Part shown: positions 17,387-27,009 of the stretch, in pieces
How the letters are laid out: each line of letters opens with the position of its first letter
Position numbering within the stretch: position 1 is the stretch's first letter
Source: Simkaniaceae bacterium
GTDB lineage: Bacteria; Chlamydiota; Chlamydiia; Chlamydiales; JACRBE01
Assembly: GCA_021734805.1 (NCBI GenBank)
Contig: JAIPIG010000001.1
Span: forward strand, 15,560-79,559
Reading direction: 5' to 3'
DNA: 64,000 bases
Translations under genes and position numbers: made by a program
The notes under the pieces: model-generated
What the model was told of the DNA's origin: nothing
What the model saw: the letters and a program-made list of their open reading frames with translations, nothing else
Database searches by the model: none

Positions 17387-18213
17387 GATTTATCTTCACA
17401 CACATTGTCATTATTGCATTGATATTCGTTGGCTGTCGCGGCCTTGAAAAATCGGAAAAAGAAAAAATCTGTAAAGCCAACGCCATCGATGAACCTATTT
17501 ATCGCCTGAGTGACGAAACCTGCATTACGGTTGAGCCGGGCCATTCTCGTTTGCGCGAACGCTATCCATGGGAAGAAAGGCTTGTAGGGGATTTTCCTGC
17601 TATTACAAAAGAATTTTTTCGATGCAAAGGATCGCATTCACATTCAGATATTGTTTTAGGGGATAAGGTCTTTAGGGATTGCGGCGGGATAGAGACTCAT
17701 AGTTTACCCATTCAAGACCGCGATGAATTTGTCTATCCTATTTTGCTCAACTTGCTCAACTATGTTCAGGCTCAAATGAAGCGGCAGGTTGTTGTGGTCT
17801 GTGCCCATCGCTGTCCTTTGCATCAAGCTTATGCAACACATTCAAGCGAGAAAAAAATTTCAAAACACATGATGGGTGCTGAAGTCGATTTTTATGTTAA
17901 TGGAGCAGAAGATAAGCCCTATGAAGCGGTTAAATATCTTATGCAATATTATCGTGATGATCCGGATGTGTTAGAAAAAAAACCTTTTACGCAATTTTTT
18001 GAAGCCTCTTCTTCTCAGAATGGGGTGAGTTCTTGGATGAATCGCGAGATCATCATTCGAATCCATCATTCACAAGGTGAAGAAGATTTAGATCATCCTA
18101 CAACGCATCCGTTTATTACGATTGAGTTGCGTTATGACCGAATATCGGGGAAACGCGTTGATTTTAATTGGAATCAAGCGCATCAATGTTTAAACTTATA
18201 TCAGATGAATTGA
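17383..18213 (+). CDS. Putative lipoprotein, possibly peptidase M15A/YcbK (DUF882)-like
   Basis: Signal MRFIFTHIVIIALIFVGC. VVCAHRCPLHQAYATHSSEKKISKHMMGAEVDFYV loosely resembles the SGYR.P..N...S.H..G.A.DF pattern of DUF882. Weak call. Confidence 0.3.
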   Translation: MRFIFTHIVIIALIFVGCRGLEKSEKEKICKANAIDEPIYRLSDETCITVEPGHSRLRERYPWEERLVGDFPAITKEFFRCKGSHSHSDIVLGDKVFRDCGGIETHSLPIQDRDEFVYPILLNLLNYVQAQMKRQVVVVCAHRCPLHQAYATHSSEKKISKHMMGAEVDFYVNGAEDKPYEAVKYLMQYYRDDPDVLEKKPFTQFFEASSSQNGVSSWMNREIIIRIHHSQGEEDLDHPTTHPFITIELRYDRISGKRVDFNWNQAHQCLNLYQMN

Positions 18214-18243
18214 AGTAACCTTCTCCATAAATAGAGGAGTTTT

Positions 18244-18957
18244 ATGCATTTAGTTTCTTCGCTTGTTTGTGCTGTTCCCGTTTTCTTTGCGCAAGTGGCT
18301 CGGGAGATCTATATTGAGTGTACGGCGATCTGGTATAGGTGTACGGCGCATGATGCCCTATATTTTCTCAATCACCGCAGCGAATGGGGAAAGCGTGCCG
18401 TTTCACCCTTGCAAGTCAGACTATTTGGACTGATTAAGGAAGTCATTGATGTCAATAACTTGCCTGATTCGCATGATCAAAACCTCTTTGATAAAAAAAA
18501 ACTAGTCATAGAGGGGAGCGTATCCGGACGTCCCCTAGCTCTTGAATCCATTTTTTTAAGAGATAAAATTAAAGAGATGATGATCAAAAAAATCCCAAGC
18601 TTATCAGGTATAGTGGGAGAAAAAATCTCTTTTACCGATTATACGGCGTTTTCAAAAGGCGATGGAGAAAGGACCTATTATTTGCGCTCTGCAACATCAA
18701 CAATTGAAGTGGAAGTGACCCGGTTTTTTATTTTTAAGACGATTGAATTAAAAAAGATTCCAACTGATCTCTCAACACGCGAGGTTTCTGAACGAGAACT
18801 CCGCGAGGAGGGCTTTATTGAACCGCGAAGAATGAGCGTCACCGATCACGAATATCAGTTTTATTGGTCTTTTGTCGTTTTTGCGGCAGCCGTTCTTGTG
18901 ATGGCGGTCTATGTTCGCGTTATGGGAATTTATCGGTCAACATACCGTCCCTTTTAA
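18244..18957 (+). CDS. Hypothetical protein with C-terminal TM helix
   Basis: 237-aa ORF with GAGGAG four nt upstream of the ATG. C-terminal hydrophobic segment FYWSFVVFAAAVLVMAVYVRVMGIY. No motif recognised. Confidence 0.45.
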   Translation: MHLVSSLVCAVPVFFAQVAREIYIECTAIWYRCTAHDALYFLNHRSEWGKRAVSPLQVRLFGLIKEVIDVNNLPDSHDQNLFDKKKLVIEGSVSGRPLALESIFLRDKIKEMMIKKIPSLSGIVGEKISFTDYTAFSKGDGERTYYLRSATSTIEVEVTRFFIFKTIELKKIPTDLSTREVSERELREEGFIEPRRMSVTDHEYQFYWSFVVFAAAVLVMAVYVRVMGIYRSTYRPF

Positions 18958-18960
18958 ACT

Positions 18961-19635
18961 TCAAGAGAGTGAACCAATCTCTAAGAAGGTTTTGTATTGA
19001 ACAATATCGTCTGTGATTGAGATAGGTGGGTAGGTGCCGGGACGGATGAGAACGGGGTGAATATTCGCTCCAATCAGTGCGGTGACGCCTTTCATCGTAT
19101 CTTCAAAGCCAACCGCGCGCCCTCCTTTCCGTAAGAAAAGCTGTAGCGCTTTCAAATAACCGTCCGGTTTGGGTTTTGAGTGGGTATAATCTTCACGCGT
19201 AAGCCAATTCTTAATGAGATTAAGTTCAGGGAGGAGCTTACGGATTTGATCTACCTGCTCATGCGTAGAATTTGTGACCACGCAGGCATTGGCATTGAAT
19301 TGATGGAGTCTTTTGAGAAGATCACCCACTCCGGGCATCAGTTTTAAACGGTGTTGCTCGATCAAATTTTGATAGATTTTTTGTTTTTCTTGGCGCAAGG
19401 TTTCCCAACTTGGTTCACGTTGTTCAAGGTCGGGAAAGAGTCCATATACTGCATTGCGCAGAATAGCTGTTGAGAGGTGCGCTTCCAAGCAATACTGTTG
19501 AAAGCTCCAGGGGAGGTGGTAACCATGCTTCAGGAGCATGATTTTATAGGCTTCGTAGTGCAGATCTTCGGTATTGACTAAAAGTCCATCAAAGTCAAAA
19601 CAGAGCAAATCAAAATTTTGTATCCAGTTAAACAT
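18961..19635 (-). CDS. HAD-IA family hydrolase (beta-phosphoglucomutase/phosphatase-like)
   Basis: Motif I FDFDGLLVNTE. Motif II VVTNS. C-terminal GFEDTMKG (motif IV-like). Confidence 0.75.
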   Translation of the reverse strand: MFNWIQNFDLLCFDFDGLLVNTEDLHYEAYKIMLLKHGYHLPWSFQQYCLEAHLSTAILRNAVYGLFPDLEQREPSWETLRQEKQKIYQNLIEQHRLKLMPGVGDLLKRLHQFNANACVVTNSTHEQVDQIRKLLPELNLIKNWLTREDYTHSKPKPDGYLKALQLFLRKGGRAVGFEDTMKGVTALIGANIHPVLIRPGTYPPISITDDIVQYKTFLEIGSLS

Positions 19636-19665
19636 AGCGCGGGGTCATTTAATTTCATTATACAT

Positions 19666-19751
19666 TGCCGATGACTGGACTCGAACCAGCACCTTAGTTG
19701 AATAAGAACAGAGTTTGAGTCTGTCGCGTCTACCAATTCCGCCACATCGGC
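19666..19751 (-). tRNA. tRNA-Leu (anticodon CAA), type II
   Basis: Reverse complement gives acceptor GCCGATG/CATCGGC, anticodon arm ACAGA-CTCAAAC-TCTGT, a long variable arm and T-loop GGTTCGAGTCC. Confidence 0.9.
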
Positions 19752-20028
19752 ATAGAGAAAATAAAAAAACCTTCTTAAAAAAGGGGGAAGTCGAGATAAT
19801 ACGAAGCATATCTTAACCGGTTGAGATATTTTTCTCAATGGTGAAAATCAATAATTTAGCGCTGATCGCTTTTTAGAAGGCCTTTTTCTCGAAAGCCATC
19901 GGTTCAATCAGCGCATTTAATGTTGACACTAAATTCGCCATAGAGATAGAACTGACTCTCATGTAGAGGAGAAAAACAAAGTCCTCACGACTTAAAAACA
20001 ATAGAAAATGAGCTTAAGGAGCGACCTT

Positions 20029-20295
20029 ATGAAAAAAAAGAATTCAAAGTTTATGCAGCCTATGCAGCTTAGCGAAGAATTAGCGGATGTTGTTGGAAAG
20101 GGCCCCATGCCACGTACTGAAGTGACAAAAAAAATCTGGGATTATATCAAAAAGCACGATCGTCAAGATCCAAAAAACAGAAGAAACATTATTCCTGATG
20201 AAAAACTAGCTAAAGTTTTCGGAAAATCACGCAAGTCGGTAAACATGTTTGAAATGACTAAATTACTTAACGAGCACATGTGGTCACAACCTTAA
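20029..20295 (+). CDS. SWIB/MDM2 domain protein
   Basis: LSEELADVVGKGPMPRTEVTKKIWDYIKKHDRQDPKNRRNIIPDEKLAKVFG is a textbook SWIB domain. AAGGAG precedes ATG 20029. Confidence 0.9.
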   Translation: MKKKNSKFMQPMQLSEELADVVGKGPMPRTEVTKKIWDYIKKHDRQDPKNRRNIIPDEKLAKVFGKSRKSVNMFEMTKLLNEHMWSQP

Positions 20296-20322
20296 TTTGA
20301 TGCGGCTATCCGATCAAATCAG

Positions 20323-20377
20323 CCACGTTGGGGGCATTGCCTTTTAGAAGGCGAGTGACTTAACGTGGTTTTTTTTT
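20323..20377 (+). terminator. Probable intrinsic terminator after the SWIB gene
   Basis: CCACGTT...AACGTGG stem followed by a T9 run. Confidence 0.55.
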
Positions 20378-20425
20378 GCCTTTTTTAATATACTGGGACG
20401 GGTAGCTATTGAAAGGAGGGGATGT

Positions 20426-21097
20426 ATGACTTTATCATTGATTTTAGTGGCCGGGGGAGTGGGCGCGCGATTTGGCGGAAATTTGCCAAAACAATATTTG
20501 AATTTAGCGGATCAGCCCATTGCACTGCATAGTTTTAAAAAATTTTGTCAGTCAGATTTTATTGATGAAATCATTGTTGTTTGCGAGGCGGAATATGAGT
20601 CGCTTTTCTTTCATAAAGATCGAGTGATTCGTTTTGCAAAACCGGGAGAGAGTCGACAGGATTCTGTGGCGAGTGGGTGCGCGCTTGCTCAGAGCGAATA
20701 TGTAGCAATCCATGATGCATCTCGCCCTTTAGTTGATATAAAAAGAGTTGAAGAGTGCTTTAAAGAAGCCATTGAGACAAAAGCATGTGCATTAGCTGTT
20801 TTGCTCACTTCAACCGTCAAACAATGGGATGATAATGGGATACGAACCCTAGATCGAGAAACATTATGGGAAGTGCAAACGCCTCAAATCATTCACAAGC
20901 AGCTTTATTTAAAAGCTTCAGAGTATACCAACCTCCATGGATTGAATTTTACCGATGATTTGTCGATGGTTGAAGCCTATGGACATCCAACGACATTGAT
21001 TGAAGGGCATCGCGAAAATATAAAAATTACCTATCCCATTGATTTGCTCATTGCTGAAAATTTACTGACTCAGATGGCAGAATATGCCGAGATATAA
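20426..21097 (+). CDS. ispD: 2-C-methyl-D-erythritol 4-phosphate cytidylyltransferase
   Basis: ILVAGGVGARFGGNLPKQYL N-terminal signature, HDASRPL, and size of 223 aa. Confidence 0.9.
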   Translation: MTLSLILVAGGVGARFGGNLPKQYLNLADQPIALHSFKKFCQSDFIDEIIVVCEAEYESLFFHKDRVIRFAKPGESRQDSVASGCALAQSEYVAIHDASRPLVDIKRVEECFKEAIETKACALAVLLTSTVKQWDDNGIRTLDRETLWEVQTPQIIHKQLYLKASEYTNLHGLNFTDDLSMVEAYGHPTTLIEGHRENIKITYPIDLLIAENLLTQMAEYAEI

Positions 21098-21827
21098 GAT
21101 CAAGATAGCTTTTGACGGGACCCGTTATGCGGGTTGGCAAGTACAATCGGGTAAAATCACAGTCCAAGGAACGCTCCAAGCCGTTTTTCAGACACTGTTG
21201 GGGTATCCGGTGCATATCACCGGGTGTGGTCGGACGGATGCGGGTGTGCATGCTAAAGCACATGTAGCGCATCTCGATTTAGAAGAGGGAATCGATGTAG
21301 ATCAGTTGTTTTATAGAGCATCTAAAATTGTGCCGCCGGATATTCGAATTGTTTCCCGCGAAAAAGTTGCATCTGATTTTCATGCGCGTTATAGCGCTAC
21401 GGCTAAGACCTATCGCTATTATTTTTCTATCGGGCCGAGTCAAGAGCCTTTTCGTCGCAATTTTTGCTATGAAGCCTATCCCAATACGGATCTTAGGCGC
21501 ATGGAAGTGGCTGTAAAAGACATTATCGGAGAGCACGATTTCACCTCATTTGCGCATAAAGCACATGAAGGATCTGCTAAAAATGCCCCTGTCAAAATCA
21601 TTTCAAAGGCGCATTTTGGAAAAGATGAGGAACTATTTTTTTTCGAGGTAACCGGGAATGGTTTTTTGCATAAAATGGTGCGCAACATCATGGGAACATT
21701 GTTTGAAATAGGCCGAGGCAAACGTCCCGTTGAAGATATGGCTTATCTTTTACAAATCAAAGATCGTCGAAAAGCCGGGCAAACGGCCCCGGCAAAAGGC
21801 CTATTTCTTGTCGAAGTTCAATACTGA
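21084..21827 (+). CDS. truA: tRNA pseudouridine(38-40) synthase
   Basis: FDGTRYAGWQVQ and CGRTDAGVHA (catalytic Asp), GNGFLHKMVRNIMG. Confidence 0.92.
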   Translation: MPRYKIKIAFDGTRYAGWQVQSGKITVQGTLQAVFQTLLGYPVHITGCGRTDAGVHAKAHVAHLDLEEGIDVDQLFYRASKIVPPDIRIVSREKVASDFHARYSATAKTYRYYFSIGPSQEPFRRNFCYEAYPNTDLRRMEVAVKDIIGEHDFTSFAHKAHEGSAKNAPVKIISKAHFGKDEELFFFEVTGNGFLHKMVRNIMGTLFEIGRGKRPVEDMAYLLQIKDRRKAGQTAPAKGLFLVEVQY

Positions 21828-21968
21828 ATGTTTTTATTTTATTTTCGAATTCGATATAGTGTGCAATGTGCTAACCTCTAGAGGGAATTGCAAAACTCGG
21901 CAAAGCGAGTGCGGGGTTGGCTCCGAATGGAGTTCTGCAACTCCCTCTCTAATATTTAAGAGCTCATT

Positions 21969-23996
21969 TTGACATTGCCGCAACCTAATCTCAGCCATTT
22001 GTTATCGAAAATCACTTCGCTTAAGTCGCATGCAAAAAAGCTGGAAGTCTTAAATTTTGAAGTTGAGCACATCGAAAAATACTATCCCGATCAATTAGAA
22101 GAACAGTATCTTTTAAAATCGCTCATTGCAATTGGTCAAGAATCTGTAATGAAGCCCTATTTCACATCTAAAGATCGATTAAATCACCTATTAAATGTAT
22201 TAAAAAATCTGGATCGATTCTATGGGGATTTCGGGGGCATTATTGGATATCAAGCAGAAGTCCTAAATCTGTTGAATGGGAAGAAAGATCAAGATGCCAT
22301 GGAGTGCTTCCCTCCGGAATCGATTGATATTCGCCAAGAAACCGCCGATATTTGCGGCTATATGATTGACGGCATTCGGCAGATGGGACAGCTTTGTGAG
22401 ATGTACGCAATTGGCGGAGCGGCCGATCGGCTGAATTTAGTCGATGAAAAGACGGGTGTTGATCTCCCCGCTGCTAAATTGAAGATTATGCGGCATACGT
22501 TACTGGAATACCTCGTTCGGGATCTTTTTGCTCGTGAATATCTCCATTATCGACTGTTCAATGAGCAATTACAAACGGCTATTGCCATGATGACATCGGT
22601 TGAAAAAGATAATGATTTTCATGTAAAAACGATCTGTTCCTCACAAGATTGGTTTGGAAGAGGGGAAGAAAACTTTATCTTTTTTTGCCAACCGCTCGTT
22701 CCTACCTTCAATCAACATGGGGTTTGGGTTGCTCAAGAGGATGGAGAGTTGCTGCTCAAGCCGGGGGGGCATGGAGTCATTTGGAAGCTCGCGCTACAGG
22801 AAAAGGTGATTGAAAGACTTAAAAAAAGAGGCTATCGCAAAGTCCTCATTCGACAAATTAACAATCCGATCGCCGGAATCGATTATGGGTTAGCTGCTTT
22901 TTTAGGGATTGGCCTGAGTCGCGATCAGATGTTTGGATTTGCCTCTTGTCCAAGGCGTAAAAATGCCCGTGAAGGGGTAAACGTTTTAAAAAAGCGCATG
23001 CATGAGGGGAAGGAGAAGTGGGCCTTATCGAATATTGAGTATTGCGATATACGAAGTGAATCAATTGAAAGCGATGATTATCCTGCGAATACAAATATTT
23101 TATTTGCTGATTTAAACGGGATCGAAGAAGCGGTCAAAAAAAATCCTTTTCCGGGAGTGCTGCTCAATTTTAAAGCAGGCGATCGACTCACAGATCAGTC
23201 CATTGCTCGCCTTGAACTCACAATGCAAAACATTGCCGATTTTTTTGAGGATGAAAGCCGAAAACATTCCAAATCATATTTAACACTCAATCATAGGCAT
23301 AAGACGATTTCAGTGGCAAAAAAGGCATTTGTCGCAGATTCATCCTTTTTAGAAACTCCGGAAGGGTGTTTTATCGACATGCAAAAAGAGGCTCATATGT
23401 TGTTGAGCTCATGTAAAATGACATTGCCGTCAATTGAGGGATTTGAAGAAAATCTTTTTAAAGAGCTTCCTTTTTTGATTGCTTACCACCCGGCGCTTGG
23501 CCCTTTTTACTCCATCATTCGCCAGAAAATTAGAGGGGGGAGCATGGAGAGGGGATCTGAATTGCGGCTTGAGATTGCAGAGATTAAAATGGAGGATGTT
23601 TCGATCCGAGGGAGCTTAATCATCGAAACAGATGCCATATTAGGCCATAAAGAGCGGGGTAAGATTGTTTTTTCTAATCGCGCGGGAAGGGCCGTTTTGA
23701 AAAATGTCAAAATAGAAAATCGAGGGATTGATTTTTCACACAAACAAAATTGGGTGCGCGGCGAGGTAGTTCATAACCAGCAATGCATGATTTCAATTGG
23801 TGAGAATGCCGAGTTTATTGCGCAAGATGTTGAATTAAAAGGCGATTTAATCATTCGGGTTCCTAATAATACCCGTTGTAGAGCCGTTCAGATCAATAAA
23901 AAACTTGAGTTTCAATTCCAGCCCATTGATGAGGCAATCCCCCTTTATACATACCGAATTGGATCTAATCATGAGATTATTTTAGAGTCGGCTTAA
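21969..23996 (+). CDS. UDPGP-family nucleotide-sugar pyrophosphorylase-like protein
   Basis: YAIGGAADRLNL and LLKPGGHGVIW resemble the G-rich NTP-binding loop and the P(D/G)G(N/H)G motif of UTP-sugar-1-phosphate uridylyltransferases. The TTG start is uncertain and no clear SD is visible. Confidence 0.5.
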   Translation: MTLPQPNLSHLLSKITSLKSHAKKLEVLNFEVEHIEKYYPDQLEEQYLLKSLIAIGQESVMKPYFTSKDRLNHLLNVLKNLDRFYGDFGGIIGYQAEVLNLLNGKKDQDAMECFPPESIDIRQETADICGYMIDGIRQMGQLCEMYAIGGAADRLNLVDEKTGVDLPAAKLKIMRHTLLEYLVRDLFAREYLHYRLFNEQLQTAIAMMTSVEKDNDFHVKTICSSQDWFGRGEENFIFFCQPLVPTFNQHGVWVAQEDGELLLKPGGHGVIWKLALQEKVIERLKKRGYRKVLIRQINNPIAGIDYGLAAFLGIGLSRDQMFGFASCPRRKNAREGVNVLKKRMHEGKEKWALSNIEYCDIRSESIESDDYPANTNILFADLNGIEEAVKKNPFPGVLLNFKAGDRLTDQSIARLELTMQNIADFFEDESRKHSKSYLTLNHRHKTISVAKKAFVADSSFLETPEGCFIDMQKEAHMLLSSCKMTLPSIEGFEENLFKELPFLIAYHPALGPFYSIIRQKIRGGSMERGSELRLEIAEIKMEDVSIRGSLIIETDAILGHKERGKIVFSNRAGRAVLKNVKIENRGIDFSHKQNWVRGEVVHNQQCMISIGENAEFIAQDVELKGDLIIRVPNNTRCRAVQINKKLEFQFQPIDEAIPLYTYRIGSNHEIILESA

Positions 23997-24070
23997 TGAA
24001 TCTCGCCCAAAAAAACCAAGTATCATATAATCGTTGCTTTGCAACTTTTTCTAATTACATAGGGGTTATT

Positions 24071-25166
24071 ATGTTAGAGCTCACACCGGAAGTGATTGAA
24101 GATATCGGGCAACGCATCGAGCAAATGCGGAGGTTTCTTTGACTTATCCAGCAAGGAAGAAGAATATCAATCACTAGAAGCCAAGATGACTCAGAATGAT
24201 TTTTGGGATCATCAAGAAGAGGCAAATGCGACGATTAAAAGGCTTTCCGAGCTGAGAGAAATTGTTAAACCTTTTAAAGACGTATTGAATCGCTATGAAG
24301 GGATTCAAGCCCTATTCCCGGAAGCCAAAGAGATGAAAGATGAGCAGCTTTTAAAAGAGCTCGTTGAGGAACTCGAAAGAGTTCAGCGCATTCTCGAAGA
24401 ACTTGAAATAAAAAAAATGCTCTCTCACGAACTCGATGGATGTAATTGCTACTTAAGTATTAATGCAGGAGCCGGTGGAACGGAGTCATGTGATTGGGCG
24501 ATGATGCTTTCAAGAATGTATCAGCGTTGGGTAAATAAGAAGGGGTGGAAATGTGAAACAATTGATGTTGTCGAAGGTGAGGTCGCCGGGATTAAAAGCA
24601 TTACATTCAAAATAACAGGTCCCTTTACTTATGGATATGCGAAAGCGGAAAAAGGGGTGCATCGCCTCGTTCGTATTTCCCCATTTGATAGCAATGCGCG
24701 TCGACATACCAGTTTTGCATCTGTCGATGTGTCGCCTGAAATTGACGATGCAATTGAGATTGAGATTCGACCTGATGATATTCGTATTGACACGTACCGG
24801 GCTTCGGGAGCCGGAGGCCAGCACGTCAATAAGACCGAATCGGCCGTTCGCATTACACACTTTCCATCGGGAATCGTCGTCTCTTGTCAAAATGAGAGGA
24901 GTCAACTCCAAAATAAAGAGACCTGTTTTAAAATGCTCAAATCTAAACTTTATGAAAAAGAGGTTTTAGAGCGAGAGGCATCGCTCAAGGAAATCGGTGG
25001 AGAAAAGAAAGAGATTGGATGGGGCTCTCAAATTCGTAGTTATGTGTTCCAGCCCTACACACTCGTTAAAGATAACCGCACTAAAGTTGAAACAGGGAAT
25101 ATTCAAGCGGTGATGGATGGGGAGATCGATCTCTTTGTAAAAGCTTATTTAAAGGAGTTTGGTTAA
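24071..25166 (+). CDS. prfB: Peptide chain release factor 2, made by programmed +1 frameshift (24071-24139 joined to 24141-25166)
   Basis: Frame 0 reads MLELTPEVIEDIGQRIEQMRRFL and then hits TGA. The +1 frame continues DLSSKEEEYQ. The RF2-specific SPF motif (RISPFDS) and GGQ (SGAGGQHVNKT) are present. Confidence 0.95.
24129..24143 (+). promoter_or_regulatory. prfB autoregulatory +1 frameshift site
   Basis: GGAGG TTT CTT TGA C: an internal SD-like element, the slippery CUU, and in-frame UGA followed by C, as in the classical E. coli site. Confidence 0.9.
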
Positions 25167-25675
25167 TGGGCGATCGGTTAACGGATTCAAGTGATTACAA
25201 TATTCGGTATACGCGTCTTCTAGATAAAAGTTCTCTTATCGGATGGATGTCACATCCGGAAGTGGTCAAATGGTTTCCTGTCGAGCAAGACAAGGAAAAA
25301 GATCTTTTTTTGCGCAATTGGATTGGGTTTTCAAAATTCGGATGTAGTTTAACTGCCACTTATCAACATAAACCCGTTGGAATCGCGACACTTTATCTCA
25401 TGCCCTATAAGAAAGTCGCTCACCTCGCTATGTTTAATATTGTCGTGGATCCCTATCTACAAGGGAAAGGCATTGGGACCTCTCTTGTTCGCAACATTGC
25501 GCATCTTGCTAAAACACAATTTAAACTCTATTCGATTCATGCAGAAATAATGGAAGGGTGTTTGCTGATTCCCGTTTTGCAAAAACAGGGATTTAATGAG
25601 GTCTTTCGTCAAGAAGATTATTTTAAATTAAACGATGAATACTACTCTCGGATTGTGATGGAGGTTGTATTTTAA
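25166..25675 (+). CDS. GNAT family N-acetyltransferase
   Basis: Motif A VVDPYLQGKGIGTSLV. 169 aa. The start overlaps the prfB stop (TAATG). Confidence 0.75.
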   Translation: MGDRLTDSSDYNIRYTRLLDKSSLIGWMSHPEVVKWFPVEQDKEKDLFLRNWIGFSKFGCSLTATYQHKPVGIATLYLMPYKKVAHLAMFNIVVDPYLQGKGIGTSLVRNIAHLAKTQFKLYSIHAEIMEGCLLIPVLQKQGFNEVFRQEDYFKLNDEYYSRIVMEVVF

Positions 25676-25676
25676 A

Positions 25677-26192
25677 ATGAGTATTGAAGATAAAGTACAA
25701 ATGCGCCTGAGTGAAAATGATGACCTACCCTTTCTGATCTCTTTTTTGATGCAACCCGGGGTGCTTCCTTATTTTCCTATGTGTGATCATAGAGAAGTTG
25801 AAGATGCCGCTCGCATAACGATTTCCTATCGGGATGTGGGATCCGTATATACGGCAGAATATGAAGGAAAAATTTGCGGATTTGTCATTTTATACGTGAG
25901 TCCTTTTTCCAAACTTAAGCACCAATCGCTTTTTATGATCATCGTTTCAGAAAAATTTCGCAACTTGGGCATTGGCTCTTATATGCTCGATTATCTTGAG
26001 AAGGTGGCTAAAGAAGATCATCAGATTGAAATGATTCATCTGGAAGTGTATGAGGACAATCCTGCAAGACGTCTTTATAGCCGTAAAGGGTATGTCGAAT
26101 ATGGAAGACATCCCAAATTTTTAAAAGAATCGGATGGATACCGCGATAAAATTTTAATGCAAAAAAAACTAGGGGAATATGGCCGGACATAG
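25677..26192 (+). CDS. GNAT family N-acetyltransferase (tandem paralog)
   Basis: Motif A VSEKFRNLGIGSYML and downstream NPARRLYSRKGY. ATG 25677 is preferred over TTG 25665. Confidence 0.75.
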   Translation: MSIEDKVQMRLSENDDLPFLISFLMQPGVLPYFPMCDHREVEDAARITISYRDVGSVYTAEYEGKICGFVILYVSPFSKLKHQSLFMIIVSEKFRNLGIGSYMLDYLEKVAKEDHQIEMIHLEVYEDNPARRLYSRKGYVEYGRHPKFLKESDGYRDKILMQKKLGEYGRT

Positions 26193-26898
26193 TAAGTGGG
26201 CGAATATTAAGCACCGCAAAATGCGATCTGATGCGAAAAAAGGAAAAATCTTTTCTCAGATGGCTAAAGAAATTATTAGTGCAGTGAAACAAGGTGGGCC
26301 CGATCCCAAGGGGAACACGCGTTTAAAACTTGCCATTCAAAAAGCGCGCGCTGCAAATGTCCCATCGGATAATATTGAGCGCAATATTAAGAAGGCAAGC
26401 AGTGCAGATCAAGCGGACTTTTTTGAGATGCAATACGAGTTATATGGCTATGGCGGTGTCGGGATCTTAGTTGATATCATGACGGATAATAAAAATCGAA
26501 CGGCCTCAGATATGCGCATTGCAACGAATAAACGCGGTGGGAATATTGCCGCTCCGGGAGCCGTCGCATATAACTTTGATAAAAAGGGAATCATCCATGT
26601 TCCAAAAGATCAATCAACGGAAGAAGATCTCTTTTTGCTCGTAACTGAAGCGGGAGCTGAAGACTTTGAAGTGGTCGGTGATTTATATGTCATTACCACA
26701 CCACCGGATCAACTCATGGCGGTTAAAGACATCCTTGATGAAAAAAACATTCAGGTCGAGGAGTGTTCTCTTCAGATGATTCCACAAAACTATGTCGAAT
26801 GTGATGAAGAGGCCGGCGCAGCAAATCTTGCGCTTATTGAATGGCTCGAAGAGATCGAAGATGTGACTGAAGTCTATCACAATATGGCATTCGATTGA
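26179..26898 (+). CDS. yebC: YebC/PmpR family DNA-binding transcriptional regulator
   Basis: MAGHSKWANIKHRK start and typical 239-aa length. Confidence 0.92.
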   Translation: MAGHSKWANIKHRKMRSDAKKGKIFSQMAKEIISAVKQGGPDPKGNTRLKLAIQKARAANVPSDNIERNIKKASSADQADFFEMQYELYGYGGVGILVDIMTDNKNRTASDMRIATNKRGGNIAAPGAVAYNFDKKGIIHVPKDQSTEEDLFLLVTEAGAEDFEVVGDLYVITTPPDQLMAVKDILDEKNIQVEECSLQMIPQNYVECDEEAGAANLALIEWLEEIEDVTEVYHNMAFD

Positions 26899-27009
26899 TG
26901 ATTTCATAGACTTGAGGCGCACTTTCAAGAAGGGTGAACTGTATTTGGATCAAGTAGTGGCCCAATATACAGCTCTCGACGTTAGCAAAAATAGAGAATA
27001 GATTTGGAC

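Noticed and set aside
19578-19838. 86-aa ORF on the minus strand
   Set aside because: It overlaps the whole tRNA-Leu(CAA) gene and the start of the HAD gene, so it is spurious.
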